From Candidatus Bathyarchaeota archaeon (GTDB lineage: Archaea > Thermoproteota > Bathyarchaeia > TCS64), in assembly GCA_026014815.1 (NCBI GenBank), contig JAOZHP010000076.1, positions 7,250-71,249 of the forward strand: a stretch of 64,000 bases of DNA. Direction: 5' to 3'. Of this stretch, positions 1-7,639 are shown piece after piece. A program made the position numbers and the translations under genes. The number at the start of each line of letters is the position of its first letter. The stretch's first letter is position 1. Below the pieces are notes generated by a model. The model made no database searches. It was not told where the DNA came from and saw only the letters and a program-made list of their open reading frames with translations.

Positions 1-425
1 TTGAACGCCTGATGCCACTCAGACGTCATGGCCTCAAAGACCTTGTCACGCATGCTTCTGCCCTCCCAGAACGGGATGATAGTGTCTCTGTATACATCTC
101 GGGCGTGATCATTCACCTTGAATGGGGTGCGCTCACGGTTGTTCATTATCTCAAAGTCTTCGAGTGTATGACAGCAAAGCTCAGGGAAGGTCGGCGTGGC
201 TTTGGGGGCAGGCCCTCTTTCACCGACGATGAGTTCCCCATGCTCGATGTTTATGGTCTTGTTGAGCATGATGTGTCTGAACGCCATGGCCCTGAACACG
301 GGTGTGCTGTACCTCTGATACCAGTTGTCTCTGTAGAACTCTGTGAGCAGCTCAGCCCTCTCAGTAGATATGTATGGCTTGATGCTCACGCTCTCCTCTC
401 TCAGCTTCGTCACTCGTTCATTCAA
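1..425 (-). CDS. hypD: Glycyl radical enzyme, 5' part (trans-4-hydroxy-L-proline dehydratase HypD-like); runs off the window edge
   Basis: Not in the ORF track. TTG start at 425 with RBS GAGGAGGT. Translates MNERVTKLREESVSIKPYISTERAELLTEFY...RAMAFRHIMLNKTINIEHGELIVGERGPAPKATPTFPELCCHTLED..., the typical HypD/PFL2 N-terminus. The active site lies outside the window. Confidence 0.8.
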   Translation of the reverse strand, partial: MNERVTKLREESVSIKPYISTERAELLTEFYRDNWYQRYSTPVFRAMAFRHIMLNKTINIEHGELIVGERGPAPKATPTFPELCCHTLEDFEIMNNRERTPFKVNDHARDVYRDTIIPFWEGRSMRDKVFEAMTSEWHQAF

Positions 426-604
426 TGGTTTACCTCCTCGCTTGGCCTTTAACCCCTGTATCACGGTGCTGTATTGATCTCATTTTGAGTAGGATGTCAT
501 ATATTACTTTAGAAAATGGGACCTGTTTTAGTCACAATTTGTGACTACAACACGCGACTTCAACAGGTGAGTCTCCTTTAAAAGTAAAATCCCGTTCCAA
601 GTTC

Positions 605-1378
605 ATGATTGAGATGGAGTACAGTGAGATACCCGTAACGAAGATAAGTGGCTCAGGTAGGGTCACACTTCAAGGCTACGGGGACGTGAAGATTAGCGGG
701 TCAGGCAGCATAAGCCCGGAAAGAATACGGACGAGCGGCAGTAGCAAGCTACCGGGCGGCCTCAAGGTTGGGGACATCCATACAAGTGGCTCCACAACCG
801 TGGGAGGAAGCATCAGCGCTGACACCATGAAGTTCAGTGGATCAGCCACCATCGAGGGCGACGCAGAGTTCAAAGAACTAGATAAATCCGGTAGCATGAG
901 GATCGAAGGAACCGCTACAGGTGACATCATGGAGGTCTCAGGGAGCACCAAGATTGGCGGAAAACTCACGATCAAGAAAGAGTTGAGGTCCAGCGGCTCG
1001 ATACGAGTACATGGCGACATCGAGTCAGAAGGCCTCGTAAGATACAGCGGCACAATGGATACTCAGGGCAAGATAACAGCTAAAAGATTCGAGGCTCATC
1101 TGGGCCGTAGCGTGAGCCGCATCGACGGAGGCATCGAGGCCGAGTACATCGACGTCGAGTTATCACCGAGGGCATGGCGGGACGAGGGAGAACTCAAGAC
1201 AACTGACATCATCGGCGTCAAAGAGGTAACACTCGAAAACGTTAACTGCCATAACGTCCGAGGAGGCATCGTAGTCATCAAGGCGGGCTGCAAAGTCTCA
1301 GGCAAAGTCGAGTACACCGACAGTGTAGAGGTCAGCCCTAACGCATACCTAGAGAATCAGCCAGAAAAGATCGAGTAA
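605..1378 (+). CDS. Polymer-forming cytoskeletal (bactofilin-like, YhbE/YhbF-type) beta-helix protein
   Basis: Repeated (I/V)SGSxx(I/V)xG units along the protein; C-terminal GCKVSGKVEY; TTTAAA TATA-like box about 25 nt upstream. Confidence 0.7.
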   Translation: MIEMEYSEIPVTKISGSGRVTLQGYGDVKISGSGSISPERIRTSGSSKLPGGLKVGDIHTSGSTTVGGSISADTMKFSGSATIEGDAEFKELDKSGSMRIEGTATGDIMEVSGSTKIGGKLTIKKELRSSGSIRVHGDIESEGLVRYSGTMDTQGKITAKRFEAHLGRSVSRIDGGIEAEYIDVELSPRAWRDEGELKTTDIIGVKEVTLENVNCHNVRGGIVVIKAGCKVSGKVEYTDSVEVSPNAYLENQPEKIE

Positions 1379-1385
1379 ACCCGAG

Positions 1386-2657
1386 TTGACCAGCGAAGTA
1401 GCGTCTCAGGAGGCCTCACAAGGCCTGATACAGCGTTTACGCTCCGAGTTCGATTTCGTGCAGGGCAACTTCCTGATCATGGTACTGAGCTGGCTGGTAC
1501 TCGATTTTTTCACTGAGCTGCCGAACACCTACCACACATTATACGTTGAGGCGCTGGGAGCCACAACCACTACTATCGGTATGATAGGTGCAGCGCAGAG
1601 CTTAGCGGGTGCATTTGTGCAGATACCTGGGGGTTATCTCGCTGACAAGTATGGCCGGAAATGGCTCATCTCCTCCATGACTTTCGTCGCTGCTCTCTCA
1701 CGAATATTCTTTGTCTACGCGCCGAGCTGGGAATGGATTCTCCTAGGGGGGGTGATATCAGGTCTAGCAGGCATCTATCAGCCTGCGTTAAACGCGATAA
1801 TAGCGGACTCCCTGCCCAGGGAGAAAAGAGGAATGGGTTTCAGCATCATCAACCTTATCACAAGCGTAAGCACAACACCCGCTCCGTTACTGGCGGGGTA
1901 CCTGTTCACGCTCCAAGGACTGGTCCCCAGTATGAGATTCACATACAAGCTAGTCATGATAGGTTTCTTCATAGCTGCCTTGCTTCGGACCCGGCTCACT
2001 GAGACAGTTGAGGAGCCCACGAAGATTAACGTGGGGGAGATGCTTAGCGAGTACCCTACATCGCTGAGGGAGAGCATTAATGTCTGGAGTCTGGTTCCAC
2101 GGTCAGCGTTCATCCTCTTTTTGGTCAACATAATCATGAACTTCACGTCAGGTCTCTTCGTGCCAGTGTTAGCGTTCTATATTATACGTGACTTGGGTAT
2201 CGGTGAGATACCTTACAGCTACATCATGACAGCGCTTCCTGTATCCATGATAGCCCTTGCGTTACCGGCAGGGAAACTCATCGACAAGGTGGGAAAGAAA
2301 AAACCACTTATGGCTGCTTTCGTGCTTTGGGCTGTAGCCATTATACTGCTGGTTTATGGTAACTTTTACCGGTTGATCTTGTCCATGGTGATGGTTGGGC
2401 TACTCATGGTTATGGCTAACAGCTCAATGTCAGCGTTATTCGCAGATCTGGTGCCAAGAGAGCATAGAGGAAAAGTGAATGGGTCTAGGGGTTTCTTCTC
2501 CATGATAGCCGGGAGTTTTGGAGCAATCATGGGAGGCTGGATGTACGAGGCTGTAAGCCACCAAGCACCTTTCCTAATAGAGGTGCTGCTCGTGATACCT
2601 CCCATCCTCATGGTTTACTTCTGGGTCGAGGAACCGGAAAAAGAGGAAACAAACTAA
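1386..2657 (+). CDS. MFS transporter
   Basis: About 12 TM segments; motif A GYLADKYGRK and its repeat GKLIDKVGKK. Confidence 0.92.
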   Translation: MTSEVASQEASQGLIQRLRSEFDFVQGNFLIMVLSWLVLDFFTELPNTYHTLYVEALGATTTTIGMIGAAQSLAGAFVQIPGGYLADKYGRKWLISSMTFVAALSRIFFVYAPSWEWILLGGVISGLAGIYQPALNAIIADSLPREKRGMGFSIINLITSVSTTPAPLLAGYLFTLQGLVPSMRFTYKLVMIGFFIAALLRTRLTETVEEPTKINVGEMLSEYPTSLRESINVWSLVPRSAFILFLVNIIMNFTSGLFVPVLAFYIIRDLGIGEIPYSYIMTALPVSMIALALPAGKLIDKVGKKKPLMAAFVLWAVAIILLVYGNFYRLILSMVMVGLLMVMANSSMSALFADLVPREHRGKVNGSRGFFSMIAGSFGAIMGGWMYEAVSHQAPFLIEVLLVIPPILMVYFWVEEPEKEETN

Positions 2658-3328
2658 CTCTGGACATATCCATTCTCTAAGAGGTAATCAGGCAGGTTCC
2701 CTACGCCACGAAGAATAGTGTGAGGACCTGCCGCGTCAAGACGTTGGATGCTCTGGGTTCCAGAAAGCACCGCGACGGTAAGTACACCCGCGTTGAGCCC
2801 CTCCTCGACTCCTTTCGCTGTATCATCAACTTTGACAACCTCGTTTGGGTTCTCTATGCCATGTGTATTCATGGCGTGAAGAATCATTGCGGGGTCAGGG
2901 CGTGAAGCCCCCACCTGTTCACTGCATATCCATCCATCGATCAAGCCGTTTTCTTGCCATCCCAGCTCCTTTAAAATAGCGGATGAAACCTCTGTTGGGA
3001 AACCTGTCGAGCACACGACTTTGACTCCGTGTTCCTTGAGGAACCGGAAAGTATCGGAGGCTCCGTCCATCTCCTTGACTTTAGAGGTGTTTTGAAGCAG
3101 GGTCTCCACGAAGTCTCTGTAGATGAGTTTGGCTTTGTCTCCGCCCAGCTCCTTGATGACGGTCCACTTGTCTCTTCCCCGCTGCTCGTTAAGTATCTCC
3201 ATGGGGATGTGGACGCCGTGAGACTCGAAGGCGTCACTGTAGCTCTTCAAAACCAATGGGATGTTGTCGATTCTGTCGTCAACGGTGGTCCCCGCCATAT
3301 CGAAGACAACGAGTCGTACACGTTGCAT
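2654..3328 (-). CDS. HAD-family phosphonatase-like hydrolase (PhnX-like)
   Basis: FDMAGTTVD motif I, STGF, RPDP and KVDDT motifs. Confidence 0.8.
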   Translation of the reverse strand: MQRVRLVVFDMAGTTVDDRIDNIPLVLKSYSDAFESHGVHIPMEILNEQRGRDKWTVIKELGGDKAKLIYRDFVETLLQNTSKVKEMDGASDTFRFLKEHGVKVVCSTGFPTEVSSAILKELGWQENGLIDGWICSEQVGASRPDPAMILHAMNTHGIENPNEVVKVDDTAKGVEEGLNAGVLTVAVLSGTQSIQRLDAAGPHTILRGVGNLPDYLLENGYVQS

Positions 3329-3334
3329 GGTGGC

Positions 3335-3862
3335 TTACATCTCCTCAACGATCTCTGCGAGAGGCTTACGGCTCGTGTTCTCATTGAACACTCCCTTATC
3401 TGGGTAGCCTAGAGGTGTCACTGCGACCACATTTTCGTCGTCGGGGAGTTCAAGCGCTTCCTTTACTTCTTTATTCTGGAAGTCGCCTATCCAGCAGGTG
3501 CCCAGTCCCTCTGCCCGTGCTGCAAGTATTAGCTGTGTGAACGCGATACTTACGTCCATGATGAAGCTCATCTCCCCCATGTAGCCGCCTCTGCTGAAAG
3601 GCACCTTCCACCCAACAGCCACTACCACAATGGGTGCATCTGCTATCCATTTCTGGCCTCCGCATGCCTCAGCAACCTTGAGTTTTCTGTCTTCGTTTTT
3701 GACAATATAGAACTTCCAGAACTGCCTGTTGTGGCCACTTGGGGCAATTCGGGCGGCCTCCAAGATGCAAATCAACGCTTCCTCTGGCACTTTATCTTTT
3801 TTGTATAAACGGATGCTCCGCCTAGTGTTGATTACCTCGTAGAACTCCATCTGCATCGGCAT
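3335..3862 (-). CDS. Nitroreductase family protein
   Basis: RRSIR, APSGHNRQ and GLGTCWIG motifs. Confidence 0.93.
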   Translation of the reverse strand: MPMQMEFYEVINTRRSIRLYKKDKVPEEALICILEAARIAPSGHNRQFWKFYIVKNEDRKLKVAEACGGQKWIADAPIVVVAVGWKVPFSRGGYMGEMSFIMDVSIAFTQLILAARAEGLGTCWIGDFQNKEVKEALELPDDENVVAVTPLGYPDKGVFNENTSRKPLAEIVEEM

Positions 3863-3907
3863 GAATAGCGTAGCTATAGGGAATAAATCTTCTCAGTACC
3901 TATTTGG

Positions 3908-5164
3908 TTACTTTGTCGTAAAGTACTCGGAGTAAGTGATGTTCCTCACCGTGCCGTCAGGGGCTTTTACACCCACCATGAGCCTCATCTTAACGTACCT
4001 CGGCCCGGTAACTATTAACGTATAATACCTTGTTTGCTGGAATTCTAGGTTGAATACCGTGCTCTCCTTGATACCGACTATGCTTTCATCGATGGCTTCC
4101 AGTCCTAGCCAGGCGCGGTACCCTTCAGCCGTTCTGGGACTCTCATTGGTCAGTGTCATGGTTACAGTGACCTTGTTGCTTCTTATCGAAGCCTCCCACT
4201 CATGGTTCAGGTAAGGCTCAGAGTCCACGATGTACAGGTTTACTTCCTCGTACTTGTGCTCCGATGGGACTTCACCTAGCTCCCAGCCTGTGGCCGTGGT
4301 TTCTAGGTAATAATACGTGCGGTTGTTCAGCAACCAATATGTTCCAGTGGCGTTTGCCTCCACGGCTACCGCCATATGGTTAGGCATGTAGATGAGGGCT
4401 GTGCTTACGTTCATGGCCTTCAGGAAGCTTGAATAGAGGATGGATGTGTCCTCGCAGTCTCCTCCACTGTCCACAAGGGTTTCCACGGGGAACTTGGGGT
4501 ACTCGTCAAAGCCGAGGGTGTCGTCTGTCTCGTAGTGGAGGTTTTGCACGAAACTTGTTACTAGGCCCAATCTCTCTTCTTCACCGTACTTGTTGAGGGC
4601 ACAGATTATCTCGAACTCGTTGAGCAGAGCCTCAATATACGCGTCATCGTATGGGTGCACCACGTAACCCGTGTAGTCAGATGTGCTGTACCGATCCTTT
4701 CCACTGTAATAATCAAGAAGTGGCTCCGGTACCGTGATGTTTACTGTATGCACTTGTGCGCCGTATTCCCACGTGTACTCTCGATGCAGGACAGGTAACG
4801 ACTCTGGGGATAAATCGAGTCCCCCGAAGGACGCCTCGTACTGGTCCAAGAGGGACTCGTACTGGCCCTGAAGCAACGCGTGCTGTTCAAGTAACGCCTC
4901 ATGCTCATCAAACAGTGACTCATACTGGCCTGTAATGTCTAGGTGGCTCTGGTTCAGCTCTGTGAGCTGTGTCTCAAGCCTTGTTTTCTCGGTGCCCTGT
5001 ACCTCGTGGTCGATGGTTAGCTGTTCATAGTCCATGGTAAGCTGGGATACATTATCTTCCAGCTCGATTATCCTCGGAGTAATTAAGTAGTTGTTGCCGA
5101 AGTACCCGGCTGCACCGCCCAGTATGATCCCAATGACGAGTAAGGCGAATGTCTTGGCGCTCAA
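3908..5164 (-). CDS. Membrane-anchored coiled-coil protein with a transglutaminase-like cysteine-protease domain
   Basis: N-terminal TM, heptad coiled coil (about aa 30-112), YPKFPVETLVDSGGDCED, NHMAVAV and YYYLETT (Cys-His-acidic triad pattern). Confidence 0.75.
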   Translation of the reverse strand: MSAKTFALLVIGIILGGAAGYFGNNYLITPRIIELEDNVSQLTMDYEQLTIDHEVQGTEKTRLETQLTELNQSHLDITGQYESLFDEHEALLEQHALLQGQYESLLDQYEASFGGLDLSPESLPVLHREYTWEYGAQVHTVNITVPEPLLDYYSGKDRYSTSDYTGYVVHPYDDAYIEALLNEFEIICALNKYGEEERLGLVTSFVQNLHYETDDTLGFDEYPKFPVETLVDSGGDCEDTSILYSSFLKAMNVSTALIYMPNHMAVAVEANATGTYWLLNNRTYYYLETTATGWELGEVPSEHKYEEVNLYIVDSEPYLNHEWEASIRSNKVTVTMTLTNESPRTAEGYRAWLGLEAIDESIVGIKESTVFNLEFQQTRYYTLIVTGPRYVKMRLMVGVKAPDGTVRNITYSEYFTTK

Positions 5165-5238
5165 GTCGATGGTTCCAAGCTTTGGAGGGTTATAAAGGAT
5201 ATGTGGGGTGCTTATAGTTCCCTGTTCCTTATTTTCTG

Positions 5239-5763
5239 TTACATACCGATGCCGGGGGTTCTATACCTTTTTTCCCACTCTTCCTTCATGACAATATTTC
5301 GTAGATCGGTGAGATGGTCGGTGCACATGACCCCGTGGAGGTGGTCGATCTCGTGCTGCAGGAGCTCACTCATGTCGTCGCTGAACTCCTCTATGTGCTT
5401 CCCGCCGTCCTCGTCCTTGTACTCGACCTTTATCGCTTTGTTTCGGCTAATCTTGACGAAGAACGCGGCGTTCAAGCTGAAGCAGCTATCCCAGACCATG
5501 AAAGTCTCGGGGCTCCTCCAAATGATGGCTGGGTTAACAAGGTAAAAGCTTCTTTCAGGCATCTGTATGTAGACCACTTTCTTAGGGTACCCGATCTGGG
5601 GCGCCGCCATGCCTCTGCCCATACCTTGCTCCTTCTGGATATGTGTTAACGTGTCCTTGAGGTCTTCAAGGATAAGTGCAAGTTCATCACTAAAGTTCAC
5701 TACTCCATGGGCTTCCTCCCTTAGCCGCGGGTCACCTAACAGAACAGTATCCCGTATAGTCAT
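5239..5763 (-). CDS. def: Peptide deformylase family protein
   Basis: GRGMAAPQIG (motif 1), DSCFS (EGCLS variant) and QHEIDHL (HExxH). Confidence 0.88.
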   Translation of the reverse strand: MTIRDTVLLGDPRLREEAHGVVNFSDELALILEDLKDTLTHIQKEQGMGRGMAAPQIGYPKKVVYIQMPERSFYLVNPAIIWRSPETFMVWDSCFSLNAAFFVKISRNKAIKVEYKDEDGGKHIEEFSDDMSELLQHEIDHLHGVMCTDHLTDLRNIVMKEEWEKRYRTPGIGM

Positions 5764-5866
5764 GATTCAATCTGTGTGACATAGTAAGGTAAATGTTTGT
5801 ATGTTCCTCCGAAAAAATGCGGTTCAATACCCTTTAGCGGTGAATTAAATCTGATTCCGGATATGG

Positions 5867-5986
5867 TTACTGCCCTGGTGGTGCTACGACTTCCTTATGC
5901 TCTTTCTTTATGATGATTTTTCCTCGCTTCAGCTTCCTTTTCTTAAAGCTGGGGAAGAGGTTCTCGTCTTTCTTCTCTGTCATCAT
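5867..5986 (-). CDS. 39-aa candidate Pup/UBact-like modifier peptide, C-terminus PPGQ
   Basis: Not in the ORF track. The ATG is 2 nt after the stop of the Dop-like gene. Sequence MMTEKKDENLFPSFKKRKLKRGKIIIKKEHKEVVAPPGQ*. Confidence 0.7.
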   Translation of the reverse strand: MMTEKKDENLFPSFKKRKLKRGKIIIKKEHKEVVAPPGQ

Positions 5987-5988
5987 TT

Positions 5989-7566
5989 TCACTCTGTGTC
6001 ATGTTTCTCGTGGTCGTCGCTGGGGGCGTACATCATGTGATCCCCCCTCTGGTTAAGCTTGTCGAGGGCCTTGGTGAACTCTGTGAAGGTGCCTGTCGCC
6101 TTCTCGAGGACATCCCCGCACATCTGTTTGTTGAAGATGAAAGGCTCATCCAGACGGATCGATGCGTTGTGAAAGTTGATGCTCTCCCACTCGATGGACT
6201 TGAGCAAGCCCGGGAACTCTCGTGCAGCGAGGCAACGGATGTACTCCCGTGTCCCCTCTGGGCCGTTATGTAACGCATGCTTCACCTTCCCCGTCAGAGC
6301 GTCCCAGTTCTCGAAGGGAATCGCGTCTCTCGCGAACTCCATGGAGTCATCGAGGCTGAACGTGGTTTCGTCCACTTCAACTGTTTCACCTATGTACCTG
6401 AGAACGGTCTCATCCAACAAGGTGTACTGGTTGCAGATGCCTAACCCTTCCTCGATGTCACCCTCAGCGTACTCGTCTATGAGCGTCTTCTTAGTGACCC
6501 AGTCCAGTCCGTCGATGAAGTACTCAAGGCTGCGCTCCTGAAGTCTCTGCACCGTGGCCTTGATGAGGTTGAAAGACCGTCTGTCCGCCTCGGTTGATTC
6601 TTCTCTGCTTAACATCTCCTCGACGCCTGCTAGGTAAAAGCCTTCGAGGATGTCTGCAACTGCGTCTACTCTTGTCCCATCCGCAAGGGTTAGCTTCCAG
6701 TTGAGAGCCTCAGTGTCGGTGGTCATCTCCTTCATGGAGGCAACAGGGTCATCCAGCTTGGGTGCGTCTTGATAGTAACCTTTCTCGTAAGCAGTCATAA
6801 CGAGGGTTTCAAGGTTATCCCTCAGGTAGATCTGGAAAGGGCTTCTGAGTCCTTCCCAGTTGATGTCGTGGAATCTCCAGTACTTCTCGGGGTCTGCGTG
6901 GGGGTCGTTCCTCTGGTTGAGGATGCCCCTAGCGTCCACGGTGTCGTTGCTTGAGACTCTTTTGATGAAGGCTGCACGTGGGCTGATTACGAAGCGAAGT
7001 GTTTCACCGTTCATTATCTTTCCGGGTCGGGGCAGCGAGCCGTCCCTCTTGCAGGGCACATAGTCGCCGCCACCGATTACGGGTATCCGTGCCACCATGA
7101 ATGGGACTAAGGCGTCCTCCATCTTGTCCCAGACATCTGGACCACACACACGTCGATCCATAAGGATGCTGCTGTGAGTGCTGTAGCTGTTTGCCCTCCA
7201 ACCATCGCCTTCCTTGATGTTGGAGACGTTGTTCTTGTACCCGTTTATACCCTTGAAGTAGCTCCTGAGGCCCTTCACGGCGTAGTAGCCGAACAGCTCG
7301 GCGACCCTGTCGTAGATGACGGCCTCCATGCTACTGTTGTAGCTGGGGCTTGAGAGTTCTAGGTGGCTCATGTCGTCGTAGACCCTGAATCCGTTGTAGG
7401 CCATATAGTCCAGTCGGGGCTCCTCGACCTTGATCCCAGTGACAAGCTCTGCCTTCCTAAGCTCCTCGATAGCCATTCCTACTAGGTGTATCAGTGACCT
7501 ATGGGGTAGCTGGGGCTGTGTGTTCATGGCTAGCTCGTGCTCGACTCCACGTATCTTGTGTTCCAT
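5989..7566 (-). CDS. Pup ligase/deamidase (PafA/Dop) family protein, Dop-like
   Basis: GVEHE (GxExE), NGFRVYDDMSHLE, YKNNV, NSYSTH, ISPRA and RGILNQRNDPHADPEKYWRFH resemble Dop NGARLYVDHAHPE and RGIINTRDEPHADxxxYRRLH. The likely ATG is at 7566 (the track starts at TTG 7602). Confidence 0.85.
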   Translation of the reverse strand: MEHKIRGVEHELAMNTQPQLPHRSLIHLVGMAIEELRKAELVTGIKVEEPRLDYMAYNGFRVYDDMSHLELSSPSYNSSMEAVIYDRVAELFGYYAVKGLRSYFKGINGYKNNVSNIKEGDGWRANSYSTHSSILMDRRVCGPDVWDKMEDALVPFMVARIPVIGGGDYVPCKRDGSLPRPGKIMNGETLRFVISPRAAFIKRVSSNDTVDARGILNQRNDPHADPEKYWRFHDINWEGLRSPFQIYLRDNLETLVMTAYEKGYYQDAPKLDDPVASMKEMTTDTEALNWKLTLADGTRVDAVADILEGFYLAGVEEMLSREESTEADRRSFNLIKATVQRLQERSLEYFIDGLDWVTKKTLIDEYAEGDIEEGLGICNQYTLLDETVLRYIGETVEVDETTFSLDDSMEFARDAIPFENWDALTGKVKHALHNGPEGTREYIRCLAAREFPGLLKSIEWESINFHNASIRLDEPFIFNKQMCGDVLEKATGTFTEFTKALDKLNQRGDHMMYAPSDDHEKHDTE

Positions 7567-7639
7567 CAAACCATGTGCCTCGAAAACAAGTCGCAATGCC
7601 AACTCTTGGGCAGGATACTCTATAATATTTGCTACAAGT

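Noticed and set aside
12-452. 146-aa + strand ORF in the track
   Set aside because: It is an antisense shadow of the glycyl radical enzyme gene, which has an RBS and recognisable motifs.
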